Source: an uncultured archaeon (GTDB lineage: Archaea > Asgardarchaeota > Thorarchaeia > Thorarchaeales > Thorarchaeaceae). Taken from it: a stretch of DNA of 32,000 nt. Each line of letters starts with the position of its first letter. The stretch's first letter is position 1. The notes beneath the pieces were generated by a model. That model made no database searches. It saw nothing but the letters and a program-made list of their open reading frames with translations, and was not told the origin of the DNA. Below, one piece after another: positions 9,568 through 18,771 of this stretch. The DNA lies in NCBI GenBank assembly GCA_964648855.1, contig CAZYLT010000010.1, positions 60,001-92,000 on the forward strand, read 5' to 3'. The position numbers and the translations under genes were made by a program.

Positions 9568-12500
9568 GTGCCTCAGTTGAATCGCGAACATGATGATGAA
9601 AGCAACCAGTCTTCATTAGAGGACTTCATGTCAGTCCAAACTGAGTCAGAAAAAACGGGAGAAACAGAATCAAAACCTGCGTCTGAGGGCAAAAAGATAG
9701 CAAGAGAGAACAAAACAGAGAAAATAGCCCCTTCTCGCGAAACTTCAGCGATAATAATCAATCCAGAAAGCATGACTTTCGAAGAAGATGAAATGATTCC
9801 AAATGATTACATTGCCGGACTGAGAGAAGAACCGGAGAATTTGGACCCCTCATATCTTTTGTCTGTAGATTATGATGGTTCTCAAAAGAAGGCTATAGCT
9901 CGGCTTTACAACCCGGAAACAGAGAAGGTATACTTCTGGCATGACAACACCGGTCATCTCCCTTATTGCTTTACTGACCTTCCTCCACAAACAGCTGAGA
10001 AGAAAGTCAGAAATCATCGTGGGTTTGTTTCATTAGAATCTGAAACAGTACAGGATCTTCTGCGAGATGAATCTCGAGAGATGACCAAGATTTACGCCAC
10101 TGATCCATTGAGCATTGGAGGAACTGCTGGTGCAATTCGTGAGCTCTTGACTACCTCCTCTGGTCCAATAGGCGAAACCATAAGTCATGCGTGGGAAGCA
10201 AATATCCGTTACCATAACAACTTCTGCTATGACCGTGAACTTGTATGTGGAATGCCATATAAAATAGAAAATAGTGACCTTGTTCCCTGTCCTCCCAAAC
10301 TTGACCAAGCAACCTTAAACGAATTCAAGAAAACAATTGGTGATGCTGAGTACTTCGGAGAGATAATAGACAAGTATGCACCGATGTTCTTCACAGAAGT
10401 TCCCGACATAAAACGAATTGCAGTTGACATCGAAGTCTATTCAGAGAAGGCCAATAGAATCCCGGATGCCAATCGGGCACCGCAGCCAGTCACAGCTGTA
10501 GGTCTATCAGATAATCTGGGAATGAACAAGTGTTTTGTTCTAAGACGGACTGATTTAGAAGAAGGCGAAAAGCACGAAGAATTTCCGGAAGAGCTGAATA
10601 TTGTCTTTTACGAGGATGAGCGAGAAATGCTCATGCAAACATTCCGAATGCTGGACAAATATCCAATCGTCTTGACATTCGTCGGGGATGCCTTCGACCT
10701 CACCTATCTCTATAATCGTGGAGAACGTCTGGGCATTGATGTGGACAAGCACTGCCCAATACGATTGGGTAGGGATATTGCATTACTCGACGGGGGGATT
10801 CACATCGACCTCTATAGGTTCCTCAAGAACCCCTCAGTCCGACTCTATGCCCTATCAGGTGCCTATGAACGAAACAATCTCGAATCCATCGGACGAGGCC
10901 TTCTTAATGTTGGTAAACTTGAGTTAAGTGATGAGATTTCTAGGCTTGGATACTACGAACTAGCTCATTATTGCTGGCTAGACTCCAGTATTACTCTGAG
11001 AATCACACAATACAATGAAAACCTCTTATTGCGCCTTATTGTTCTTCTCATGCGAATCTCCCGGTTACCAATGGAGGATGTGACTCGCTTTGGAATATCA
11101 ACATGGATACAATCTCTTTTCCGGCAGGAACACCGTTCACGAAATGCGTTGATTCCAAAACAGCGTGAGATTCGAGAACTGAAATCGAGTGATGCTCATA
11201 CTGAGGCGATGATAAAGGACAAGGCATTCAAAGGCGCAATTGTTATTGAGCCCGTGGCAGGGGTCCATTTTGGTGCTACTGTTCTTGACTTTGCTAGTCT
11301 GTATCCCACAATCATGAAAACACACAACATTAGCTACGAAACGGTGGATTGTCCCCACGAGTCCTGTAAGAACGCGGAAGACAATCGGGTGCCTGAAACA
11401 AATCATTGGACCTGTAAAGAGAACGTGGGTATGATTAGCCAGACCATCGGCTTCTTTCGAGACACACGAGTCAAATGGTTCAAGGGAAAAAGCAAGGACA
11501 CAAGTCTGGATCAAGGAATACGAAACTGGTATTCTGTTGTCGAGAAGGCACTAAAGGTATTCGTCAATGCGTGCCTTCCTTTTGACGAAGAAGTAGTGGT
11601 ACGGGATTCCCGCGGTCTTGTATTTAAGAGAGCCATCGGCAGTTTGGAGGATGAATGGTGCGATCTTGAGATTCTAAGCATTGATAACGACTGGGAATCT
11701 TCCTCCTTTGGAACGCCAGTATTCGTTCCAATTGTCGGATTTCGGAAGAATGGAAAAGCACCAATTCTCGACATCTCCCTTCGGGACGGACGAACTATTC
11801 GATGCACAGGTAACCATGTCTTGCCGAAGCTTCTTCCCAAACATACACGAAAGAACCGAAAGGCAATTGCCCAGAAGCCACTCGCGATCGAGTATGTTGC
11901 CGCTGAAGACCTCCAGATAGATGATGATCTCCTGATGTTGGAGCAGACTCCACTCTCATCAAGTCCTCCTGAAACATTGTTTATTCCGGACCTTGTCCCT
12001 CAGGAGTCAATACATGTGGGAGTACGAAGAGAAGACTATGTGAAGTTCTCGTATCGACGTTCCCAACGAACAGAGAACCCTCTGATAGCTGTAATAAACG
12101 AAGAATTCAGATATTCAAAGGCGAGCAGATGGTATCGCGCACGATGGAAAGACCTGTCCACTAAAGCTAAGAATATGATTAGAGAACATGGTTCAGATGC
12201 ACCAACTTTCTATCTCAAATTGATTGAAAGAAGTGGAAAATGGCGTGAGGCTGGTAAATGGGAAAGCATCAGAATTGAGCTTGATGAAGATTTCTTGGCA
12301 TTGATGGGCTGGTATCTATCTGAAGGACATGTAGGCGTCAATCGGGTATCTATTTCACAGTATCAAGAAATCAATCCCGTTAATTTCCAACAAATCGGGG
12401 CATTATTACAACGGATGGAACTGCCCTTTGCAGTATATTCGGAGAGGGAGCATGTCATCCACTCGAAAATACTTGCAGCAGTCATGGAATCCCTCTGCGG

Positions 12501-13707
12501 TAGCGGATCCAACAACAAATCTATTCCTCTTCATCTACTTAATGAAGAAAGAGCACGCATAGTTCTAAAATCGTTCTTCAAGGGTGATGGGAATATCACC
12601 AATCATGGCGCTATGCGATATTCGACATCGAGCAAACAACTAGCTTATGATATTCTATACCTGTTGGGGGCAGTTGGGAAACATGCATCTGCCCATCGCG
12701 GCGAATCAATGTATCGTATTGTGGAAAGCAAAGGGCTAAAGTACCGGCGAACGGGCCGAGGATTGATTGATTTCAATGGTACACATGCAGTAAGGATTCG
12801 TTCGATACACAAAAGTTCGCATTCAGAACCGACTTACGACTTGGAAACAGGGAACGGATTGTTTGTATCGACGAACGGAATTGTGGTACATAATAGCTAC
12901 GGTGTCACAGGAGCCCAACACTTCGAGCTCTTCTGTATGCCTGCCGCCGAGAGTGTAACTGCCTATGGTAGAGATGCAATCATTCGGACCAAAGAGAAGG
13001 CTGAGTCCATGGGTGTACGAGTATTATACGGGGATACTGACTCTGTTTTCCTTGATAGTCCAACAGAAGATCAACAACAAGAGCTCATTGAATGGTCTCG
13101 AAAGGAACTGGAAATAGACCTAGAAGTTGAGAAGACATACAAGTATGTTGCTCTCTCAGACCGCAAAAAGAACTACATCGGAGTCTATGATTCAGGTTAC
13201 GTTGAGGTAAAGGGGCTCAGTGGTAAGAAGCGAAACACGCCGGAATTCATTCAGGAAGCATTTCGAGAGATGCTAGAAGTCTTAGCTCATGTGGACAGCC
13301 CTGAAGGATTTGAAATGGCAAAAGAGGAAATCCGCGAAATCGTAAACCGTGTCATTGATAGGCTTGAGGGAAAAGCGGAGCCCTATTCCCCAGAGGAACT
13401 CGCTTTTCGTATTCAAATGACAAAACCAATCTCACAGTACGGTAGTACCCTCCCACAACATGTGAGAGCGGCCATGATGATGGAAGAAGCTGGACACGAA
13501 GTTGAAGGCGGAACCATCATTGAATATGTTAAGACAAAGGATGCAGATGGCGTTTTACCTGTTGTGCTTGCGAGAGAGGGAGAATACTGGTTGGATAAAG
13601 AGAAGTACATAGATACATTGAGATCGGTTTTTGAGCAGGTTCTGGAATCAGTGGGAATTGATTTTGATAGCCTCTTGGGAATCACAACATTGGATGATTT
13701 CTTCTAA
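9568..13707 (+). CDS. polB: Family B DNA polymerase (PolB1-like) precursor containing one intein; about 938 aa after splicing
   Basis: YLLSVDYDG..KAIARLY..DNTGHLPY N-terminus resembles crenarchaeal PolB1. ExoI DIE, ExoII FD, ExoIII YCWLD, motif A DFASLYP, motif B KVFVNA|SYG, motif C YGDTDS, KKNY. Confidence 0.95.
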   Translation: MPQLNREHDDESNQSSLEDFMSVQTESEKTGETESKPASEGKKIARENKTEKIAPSRETSAIIINPESMTFEEDEMIPNDYIAGLREEPENLDPSYLLSVDYDGSQKKAIARLYNPETEKVYFWHDNTGHLPYCFTDLPPQTAEKKVRNHRGFVSLESETVQDLLRDESREMTKIYATDPLSIGGTAGAIRELLTTSSGPIGETISHAWEANIRYHNNFCYDRELVCGMPYKIENSDLVPCPPKLDQATLNEFKKTIGDAEYFGEIIDKYAPMFFTEVPDIKRIAVDIEVYSEKANRIPDANRAPQPVTAVGLSDNLGMNKCFVLRRTDLEEGEKHEEFPEELNIVFYEDEREMLMQTFRMLDKYPIVLTFVGDAFDLTYLYNRGERLGIDVDKHCPIRLGRDIALLDGGIHIDLYRFLKNPSVRLYALSGAYERNNLESIGRGLLNVGKLELSDEISRLGYYELAHYCWLDSSITLRITQYNENLLLRLIVLLMRISRLPMEDVTRFGISTWIQSLFRQEHRSRNALIPKQREIRELKSSDAHTEAMIKDKAFKGAIVIEPVAGVHFGATVLDFASLYPTIMKTHNISYETVDCPHESCKNAEDNRVPETNHWTCKENVGMISQTIGFFRDTRVKWFKGKSKDTSLDQGIRNWYSVVEKALKVFVNACLPFDEEVVVRDSRGLVFKRAIGSLEDEWCDLEILSIDNDWESSSFGTPVFVPIVGFRKNGKAPILDISLRDGRTIRCTGNHVLPKLLPKHTRKNRKAIAQKPLAIEYVAAEDLQIDDDLLMLEQTPLSSSPPETLFIPDLVPQESIHVGVRREDYVKFSYRRSQRTENPLIAVINEEFRYSKASRWYRARWKDLSTKAKNMIREHGSDAPTFYLKLIERSGKWREAGKWESIRIELDEDFLALMGWYLSEGHVGVNRVSISQYQEINPVNFQQIGALLQRMELPFAVYSEREHVIHSKILAAVMESLCGSGSNNKSIPLHLLNEERARIVLKSFFKGDGNITNHGAMRYSTSSKQLAYDILYLLGAVGKHASAHRGESMYRIVESKGLKYRRTGRGLIDFNGTHAVRIRSIHKSSHSEPTYDLETGNGLFVSTNGIVVHNSYGVTGAQHFELFCMPAAESVTAYGRDAIIRTKEKAESMGVRVLYGDTDSVFLDSPTEDQQQELIEWSRKELEIDLEVEKTYKYVALSDRKKNYIGVYDSGYVEVKGLSGKKRNTPEFIQEAFREMLEVLAHVDSPEGFEMAKEEIREIVNRVIDRLEGKAEPYSPEELAFRIQMTKPISQYGSTLPQHVRAAMMMEEAGHEVEGGTIIEYVKTKDADGVLPVVLAREGEYWLDKEKYIDTLRSVFEQVLESVGIDFDSLLGITTLDDFF
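11572..12894 (+). mobile_element. Intein (441 aa) with LAGLIDADG homing endonuclease in polB
   Basis: Starts CLPFDEEV (Cys1), block B TGNH, DOD motifs LMGWYLSEG and LKSFFKGDG, block F TYDLE, ends GIVVHN followed by Ser+1. Removing it restores KVFVNASYG. Confidence 0.95.
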
Positions 13708-13768
13708 TAATCATCATTTTTTGATGAGGGGTTTGAAGAAGAAATCCTTTTAGCGAGCCATTGACTAG

Positions 13769-14851
13769 ATGCAAACCAGCTCTGAGCTAGTATTATGCTA
13801 CACAGAGAGGCTCCCAATGATGAAGGTTAACTACCGCGAATTGTTCATGCAGAAGATGGTCATCCTTCTTAAACCTGAAGACATTGAAACTTCTGCCAAA
13901 GAATTTCTTTCTACCTATGCATCATACATGGAGAGCGTAGGGATATATGGTAAGGGTTCCGATGGCCATGCTAATTATCAAAGCAAGACAGCTCCTGTTC
14001 ATGAAGAGAATCTGGATTTCTTTGAGGAGTGGGTGGAGATTGCCAACGCCTTGGAGATAAACACAGCCGTCGGTATGGACCTCTATACTGATAGACTATT
14101 CGCAAAGGATCCCAAGTATCAAAGCAAGAATGATAAAGGTAAAGAGATGGACCACCAGATATGCCCCAATTCGCCTGAATTCTGGCAATATGCGTCTGAA
14201 ATAGTGTCGGAAATTGGACATTACCCTGTTGACGAAATCTTCGTTTTTGGTGCAGGCTTCATTAGAGATAGATTCTGTTTCTGCGAAAAATGCAGGAATG
14301 ATTTTGCTCCTTTGGTTAATCAAGAACCTGATAGACTGAATCATCAATATCTAACAGAAAATCCCGAATATCACGAAAAATGGCATGAATGGCGAAGTGG
14401 AATAGTCCATCAAGGTATAGAGCAATTGCAGGCAGCAGCCCGTGACATTAGTGATAGCACAGAGAGAACAAAACCGTTGAAACTCGGTATTGAGATCTTA
14501 TTGGATCCAATGACTGGTCTCACAGAAAACGCACAGGATGAGTATGGCTACGATTGGAAGAGAATACTCGACATTACAGGTAGCATTTTGGTCAATCTAT
14601 ATCCTTGGTCTCCAATTCTCCCTACCAAAGGAAGTGCAGAATATGATGATTTAGTGGAGTCTCTTTACTTCTCAAACGAATTCAAGAGGCGTGGAGGCGA
14701 TGTGACACTATTTCGCTGGGGAGTCGATTCAATAGAGGAAGTAAAGGACCTCAAGGATTTGGCAAAGGATACTGCTATTGAAAGAATATCTGGTACATTT
14801 GACTATCCAGATGATTATTCGGATCGCCGCGAAGAAGCTATCGGTGACTAG
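13769..14851 (+). CDS. Hypothetical protein, glycoside-hydrolase-like TIM barrel (GHL10/GH42-like) with Cys cluster
   Basis: ICPNSPE...EI..YPVDEIF...FCFCEKCRNDF...W.EWR pattern. Start uncertain (13769, 13847 or 13856). Confidence 0.5.
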   Translation: MQTSSELVLCYTERLPMMKVNYRELFMQKMVILLKPEDIETSAKEFLSTYASYMESVGIYGKGSDGHANYQSKTAPVHEENLDFFEEWVEIANALEINTAVGMDLYTDRLFAKDPKYQSKNDKGKEMDHQICPNSPEFWQYASEIVSEIGHYPVDEIFVFGAGFIRDRFCFCEKCRNDFAPLVNQEPDRLNHQYLTENPEYHEKWHEWRSGIVHQGIEQLQAAARDISDSTERTKPLKLGIEILLDPMTGLTENAQDEYGYDWKRILDITGSILVNLYPWSPILPTKGSAEYDDLVESLYFSNEFKRRGGDVTLFRWGVDSIEEVKDLKDLAKDTAIERISGTFDYPDDYSDRREEAIGD

Positions 14852-14870
14852 TAAGAGGACATATCAACGA

Positions 14871-15749
14871 TTATTGGCGCGTTCCGCAGTAGGGGCATAG
14901 CTTTGTTCCCTTTTCAAACGTCCTACCACAAGAAAAGCAAAATGCGCGTTCCTCAGTTCCCTCCGGCGTATTGTCTTTGAAAGGACTAAGTTCTCCTTGT
15001 GAGAATAACGCACCAAGCCCCTCGACGCTTGGCTCACTGTTTGTCGAGCAGGATGTTCCCGTATCGATGTTGCGAGTAGATTTTCGCATCTCATCCATCA
15101 AGCTGTCATTTCTGTGCATTCTGGAGACTGACCCAATAGATCTCTCTTCGGTACTACCTCTACTGCGTTCATTATGCTTCGATGATCTTGGGTCGTTTCT
15201 CCAAGAGTTGCCTCTGCGACTATTATCTGGTTGAAAAACTTGGTCAAGCTTGTCAAAATCTCTTCTATAGTCGTCTGAACCAAAACCCCTATCAGTTGCC
15301 GGGCGATTTGCAGTTCTCCCATCACTAGTTCTCTGCCATGACCTATCGTGTACATCATCAACCTTGGATGAATCGAGGAATTGGTAGTGTGAGTTGCCCT
15401 TCAACTGCTCATAGTCCCTTTTTGTCAAACCCAAAACTTCGAGGGCGCGGTCTCTTTCCATGCATCTCTTCGAGAGCGGACAGCAATATGCCAAGCTTTC
15501 ATGACATAGCGAAGCCATAGCTCTCTCTTGGCGTGACTTGAAGATGGGCGAAATTCTCTTGCGACCAAGAATCAATTCATCTCCTGCATGACGGATATCG
15601 GAATAACCTGATTGAGCTAGTGCCTCTACAACTTCCTTCGCCGGATACGGTCTGCCTTCAATGACAACTGTTCCTTCTGTGCGATCCAGCCGTACAGGTT
15701 TCTCACGGTTTCGTTCGTCATCATAACTAGAATATCGCGTTTTGACCAC
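14871..15749 (-). CDS. Hypothetical protein: Cys-rich (methanogenesis-marker-9-like) motif, disordered linker, C-terminal zinc ribbon
   Basis: CHESLAYCCPLSKRCMERDRAL..LG...YEQLK, then an R/D/S-rich linker, then FCFSCG...LCPYCG. Confidence 0.65.
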   Translation of the reverse strand: MVKTRYSSYDDERNREKPVRLDRTEGTVVIEGRPYPAKEVVEALAQSGYSDIRHAGDELILGRKRISPIFKSRQERAMASLCHESLAYCCPLSKRCMERDRALEVLGLTKRDYEQLKGNSHYQFLDSSKVDDVHDRSWQRTSDGRTANRPATDRGFGSDDYRRDFDKLDQVFQPDNSRRGNSWRNDPRSSKHNERSRGSTEERSIGSVSRMHRNDSLMDEMRKSTRNIDTGTSCSTNSEPSVEGLGALFSQGELSPFKDNTPEGTEERAFCFSCGRTFEKGTKLCPYCGTRQ

Positions 15750-15959
15750 CCCGGAATGGAATTAATTCTATTTGATGGTCATATTCTCGAAATACAATCC
15801 TATGTATTACCTGCGTAGTTTCGCCTTTGAAGGGAATATGTGACATCAAAGAGCAGTACATGGACTTAGTAGGGTTTTTATCTGACTCATCCATTGTTTT
15901 CCTTGATGTGCTATCGTTTCCGATTATGCAGATGAGATGGCACAAAGAGGATGATATAC

Positions 15960-16328
15960 ATGGGTCTTAAGGCAGTTGGAGCTGCTCAAGGTTATACGGT
16001 ACTCGGTGGAATAGTGTTGGCTATCTTCGCAGTACAAATGGTTCTAGGTGGACTTGAGAATGCAGCAGGCGGAGACGTAAATGCGCTAATTGACGTAATT
16101 CTAGGAATATCCCTCATAATAATGGTAATCTTGGCATTCGATGCCTGCGGATTCATTAATTTCAGAATTGAAAGGTCAGGTCTCTTGCTTGCCCTCATCG
16201 GATTCATATCAATCGTAATAGTCGTACGCGGTCTAGAGATCAATATTATATCTTGGTTGACAAATCTAGGCACTCTTGCTGGATTTATGATTCTCCTTGC
16301 CGGACTACTCCTAGCGCTCAGAAAGTAG
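15960..16328 (+). CDS. Small 4-TM membrane protein (distant paralog 1)
   Basis: Four hydrophobic Gly-rich segments; RBS-like GAGGATGA upstream (ATG 15951 is the alternative start). Confidence 0.7.
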   Translation: MGLKAVGAAQGYTVLGGIVLAIFAVQMVLGGLENAAGGDVNALIDVILGISLIIMVILAFDACGFINFRIERSGLLLALIGFISIVIVVRGLEINIISWLTNLGTLAGFMILLAGLLLALRK

Positions 16329-16343
16329 CATTGGAATGGTAAC

Positions 16344-16700
16344 ATGTCAGACGATTTGGAAGAGACCAGCAGGCTATCGACTTTTCTGATTATCTTTGGT
16401 GCTATTCTCACGGGAGTGCATGGTATCCTCTTCGTTATGAACTTCGGCAGGTGGCTAGAATTTCTCCCAACAATTGAACTTGGAAGCGTCCTAGGCAATC
16501 TGACGGGTTTGTCAATAGGGGTTCTTTTGATATTTCTCTCAATTCTTACCCTCGCGATTTCAAGTTCATTGATAGAGTTACCAGTTTCAAACAATCGAGA
16601 ATGGATTCCTTTTCTCTTGCTTGGTCTATTGATGTACTTCCTTGGCGGGACACTTGGCGGGCTTTTAGTCATCATGGGTTCTCTATTGAAATTGATCTGA
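16344..16700 (+). CDS. Small 4-TM membrane protein (paralog 2)
   Basis: Four hydrophobic segments; aligns by eye with 18203-18538. Confidence 0.72.
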   Translation: MSDDLEETSRLSTFLIIFGAILTGVHGILFVMNFGRWLEFLPTIELGSVLGNLTGLSIGVLLIFLSILTLAISSSLIELPVSNNREWIPFLLLGLLMYFLGGTLGGLLVIMGSLLKLI

Positions 16701-16798
16701 CACGTTACAATAGCTACAATGTCTGCGGGGCCTCAATCGCAAATTAGATAATGAAGAGGGAATTGCCTATGCCTAGAATTCCATGAGGATTGTTGGCG

Positions 16799-18148
16799 AT
16801 GGACGAGAAAGATATTGAGCTTATCAGAGAATTAGGATTTGGAGAAATCACTTCTAAGGAGCTTTCAAATGAATATTGGAAAGAGAGGGCTGCAAAGGCA
16901 CTCGCAATAACTACGCAGGATCGAGAAGTCTACGGCTGCCTTGACCATACCCGCGGTGAGGGTGTGAGGATTTATGATATTGAAGGAAAAGAGTACTTGG
17001 ATGTCACGGGAGGAGTGGCAGTAAGGGCTCTTGGTCTTAGATACCCACCTTATCTCGAATTTGAGAGTCGTATAAATGATGTAGTCCGTGAACTCCCCGG
17101 AATGGATTTTGACGCAATTCCTCAAACACTTCTTGCTGAACGTCTAAGCGATATCGCACCTGGTGACCATAAGAAGAGAGTCGTCTTTACAACTTCTGGA
17201 GGACGAGCAGTTGAGGGCTGTCTTAAATCTGCAATGGATCTGTCCGGGAGGACGAGATTCGTTGGATTCAGGCCCGCATTCCATGGTCGAACTGGATATG
17301 CCTTGGCTCTTACTGCTTCAAATCACAAACATAAGAACGGATATCCACAAGGCATCGACGTAATCCGTGTATCATATCCTTATTGTTATCGTTGTCCGTA
17401 TGGCAAAAAGGTCGAGTCTTGCAATGTGGAATGTGTTGAGGCTCTGCGATATGCACTTCAAGTTGAAGGGACGGATATCGCCGCAACTGTGATGGAACCA
17501 CTGTGTGGAGAAGGTGGTCTCATTGTACCGCCATCCAAAGCCGTGCAGGGGATGTACGATGTAACAAAAGAGCACGGTGCATATTTCATTTCAGACGAGG
17601 TCCAAGCAGGCATGGGACGAACTGGACAATGGTTCGCAATTGAAAATCATGATGTAGTTCCCGACTATATCTGCATGGCAAAAGCCCTCGGCGGAGGATA
17701 TCCGATGGGTGCTTCAATAGGTCCAGCTCCGATGTTCACAGGCGGAAGTCGTCACTCTGAAACTTTCTCTGCGGAACCCAAAATGTCTCTGCTGTCTCTT
17801 TGGATTCTAAAGCAAATTGAAGATGGCAACTACCTAAAGAAGAATGCTGAGAAGGGAGAGTATCTGTTCAAACGATTAGAGGAGTTGAAGGAGAATAATG
17901 AGGTTGTTGGTGATGTCCGAGGAATGGGTCTCATGGTGGGCATAGAACTTGTAAAGGATAAGAAAACGAAAGAGAAGGCTCCCAAACTACGTGATCGCGT
18001 TGTCAAGAATGCAGTTCAAAAACAGGGGCTCTGGATATTGGGTTCAGGACAGAATTGCCTTCGACTAACTCCAAGCTATGTCATAACAGAGGACGAGCTG
18101 GATTCTGCTGTCGATAAGATAGAAACCGCAATCAAGGAATCTGTCTAG
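16799..18148 (+). CDS. Class III PLP-dependent aminotransferase (GABA/acetylornithine-type)
   Basis: FHGRT, EPLCGEGG, SDEVQAGMGRTG, PDYICMAKALGGG (PLP lysine), DVRGMGLM. Start taken at ATG 16799 (TTG 16790 alternative). Confidence 0.92.
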   Translation: MDEKDIELIRELGFGEITSKELSNEYWKERAAKALAITTQDREVYGCLDHTRGEGVRIYDIEGKEYLDVTGGVAVRALGLRYPPYLEFESRINDVVRELPGMDFDAIPQTLLAERLSDIAPGDHKKRVVFTTSGGRAVEGCLKSAMDLSGRTRFVGFRPAFHGRTGYALALTASNHKHKNGYPQGIDVIRVSYPYCYRCPYGKKVESCNVECVEALRYALQVEGTDIAATVMEPLCGEGGLIVPPSKAVQGMYDVTKEHGAYFISDEVQAGMGRTGQWFAIENHDVVPDYICMAKALGGGYPMGASIGPAPMFTGGSRHSETFSAEPKMSLLSLWILKQIEDGNYLKKNAEKGEYLFKRLEELKENNEVVGDVRGMGLMVGIELVKDKKTKEKAPKLRDRVVKNAVQKQGLWILGSGQNCLRLTPSYVITEDELDSAVDKIETAIKESV

Positions 18149-18166
18149 ATTAGATGATAATAGAAG

Positions 18167-18193
18167 GCCCTTGCAAGAAACGCGTGCAAGGGC
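18167..18193. terminator. Stem-loop between convergent genes, putative terminator
   Basis: GCCCTTGCA-9 nt loop-TGCAAGGGC, a perfect 9-bp inverted repeat in a 54-nt convergent gap. Confidence 0.5.
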
Positions 18194-18202
18194 ATTCATG
18201 GT

Positions 18203-18538
18203 TTATAGTGCTAGTAGAATAGCTCCAATGATTACCAGAATCCCGCCCAAGCCTGAGCCAAATATATAGATCAGAATACCCAGAATCAGAAGTACTATCC
18301 AGCTCTTACCTAGTTTAAGGGCCGGTATATTGATAACTCCGCTGGTAGCCAGCGTCACGAGTGAAACAACAATCAGTATTATCCCACTAATGATTCCTCC
18401 CAAAATCCCTCCCAATTCCCAACCAATGGGGTCGAAAAGCGGAAATGAGAGCACGGCTGCTATTCCATAGATGATGCCCACAATGCCGCCGATGAGCACT
18501 AAGAGTTCTCCAAGTTTTGTCATGCTGCTTTTTGCCAT
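18203..18538 (-). CDS. Small 4-TM Gly-rich membrane protein (paralog 3)
   Basis: ATG 18538 is preceded by a GGTGA RBS; four hydrophobic segments. Confidence 0.78.
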   Translation of the reverse strand: MAKSSMTKLGELLVLIGGIVGIIYGIAAVLSFPLFDPIGWELGGILGGIISGIILIVVSLVTLATSGVINIPALKLGKSWIVLLILGILIYIFGSGLGGILVIIGAILLAL

Positions 18539-18771
18539 GGTTTTTTCACCTTTAAATGAATTAAAGCGGCTTTCTGGACAGAAAGAGTCTAATGAACCTC
18601 TAACCACAGTTAATTCATCTAGATGTTCCACTCATCTTCCTGATAATCATTTTCATTCTCCAGATGGTTATCTAAACAACAGACCGTTTCATTAACAAAA
18701 ATCATAAAGCTTGGTAATATCCGAAGGATGATGCTGCTCTTCAGCTAAAATACGAAGTAGGCCACATCAAA

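Noticed and set aside
15759-15768. GAATTAATTC palindrome
   Set aside because: Short, AT-rich and plausible by chance.
15992-16675. 227-aa minus-strand ORF
   Set aside because: Antisense shadow of two hydrophobic membrane genes; I/P/R/S-biased with no motifs.
18539-18631. N-terminal extension of the membrane ORF
   Set aside because: A GGTGA RBS supports ATG 18538.
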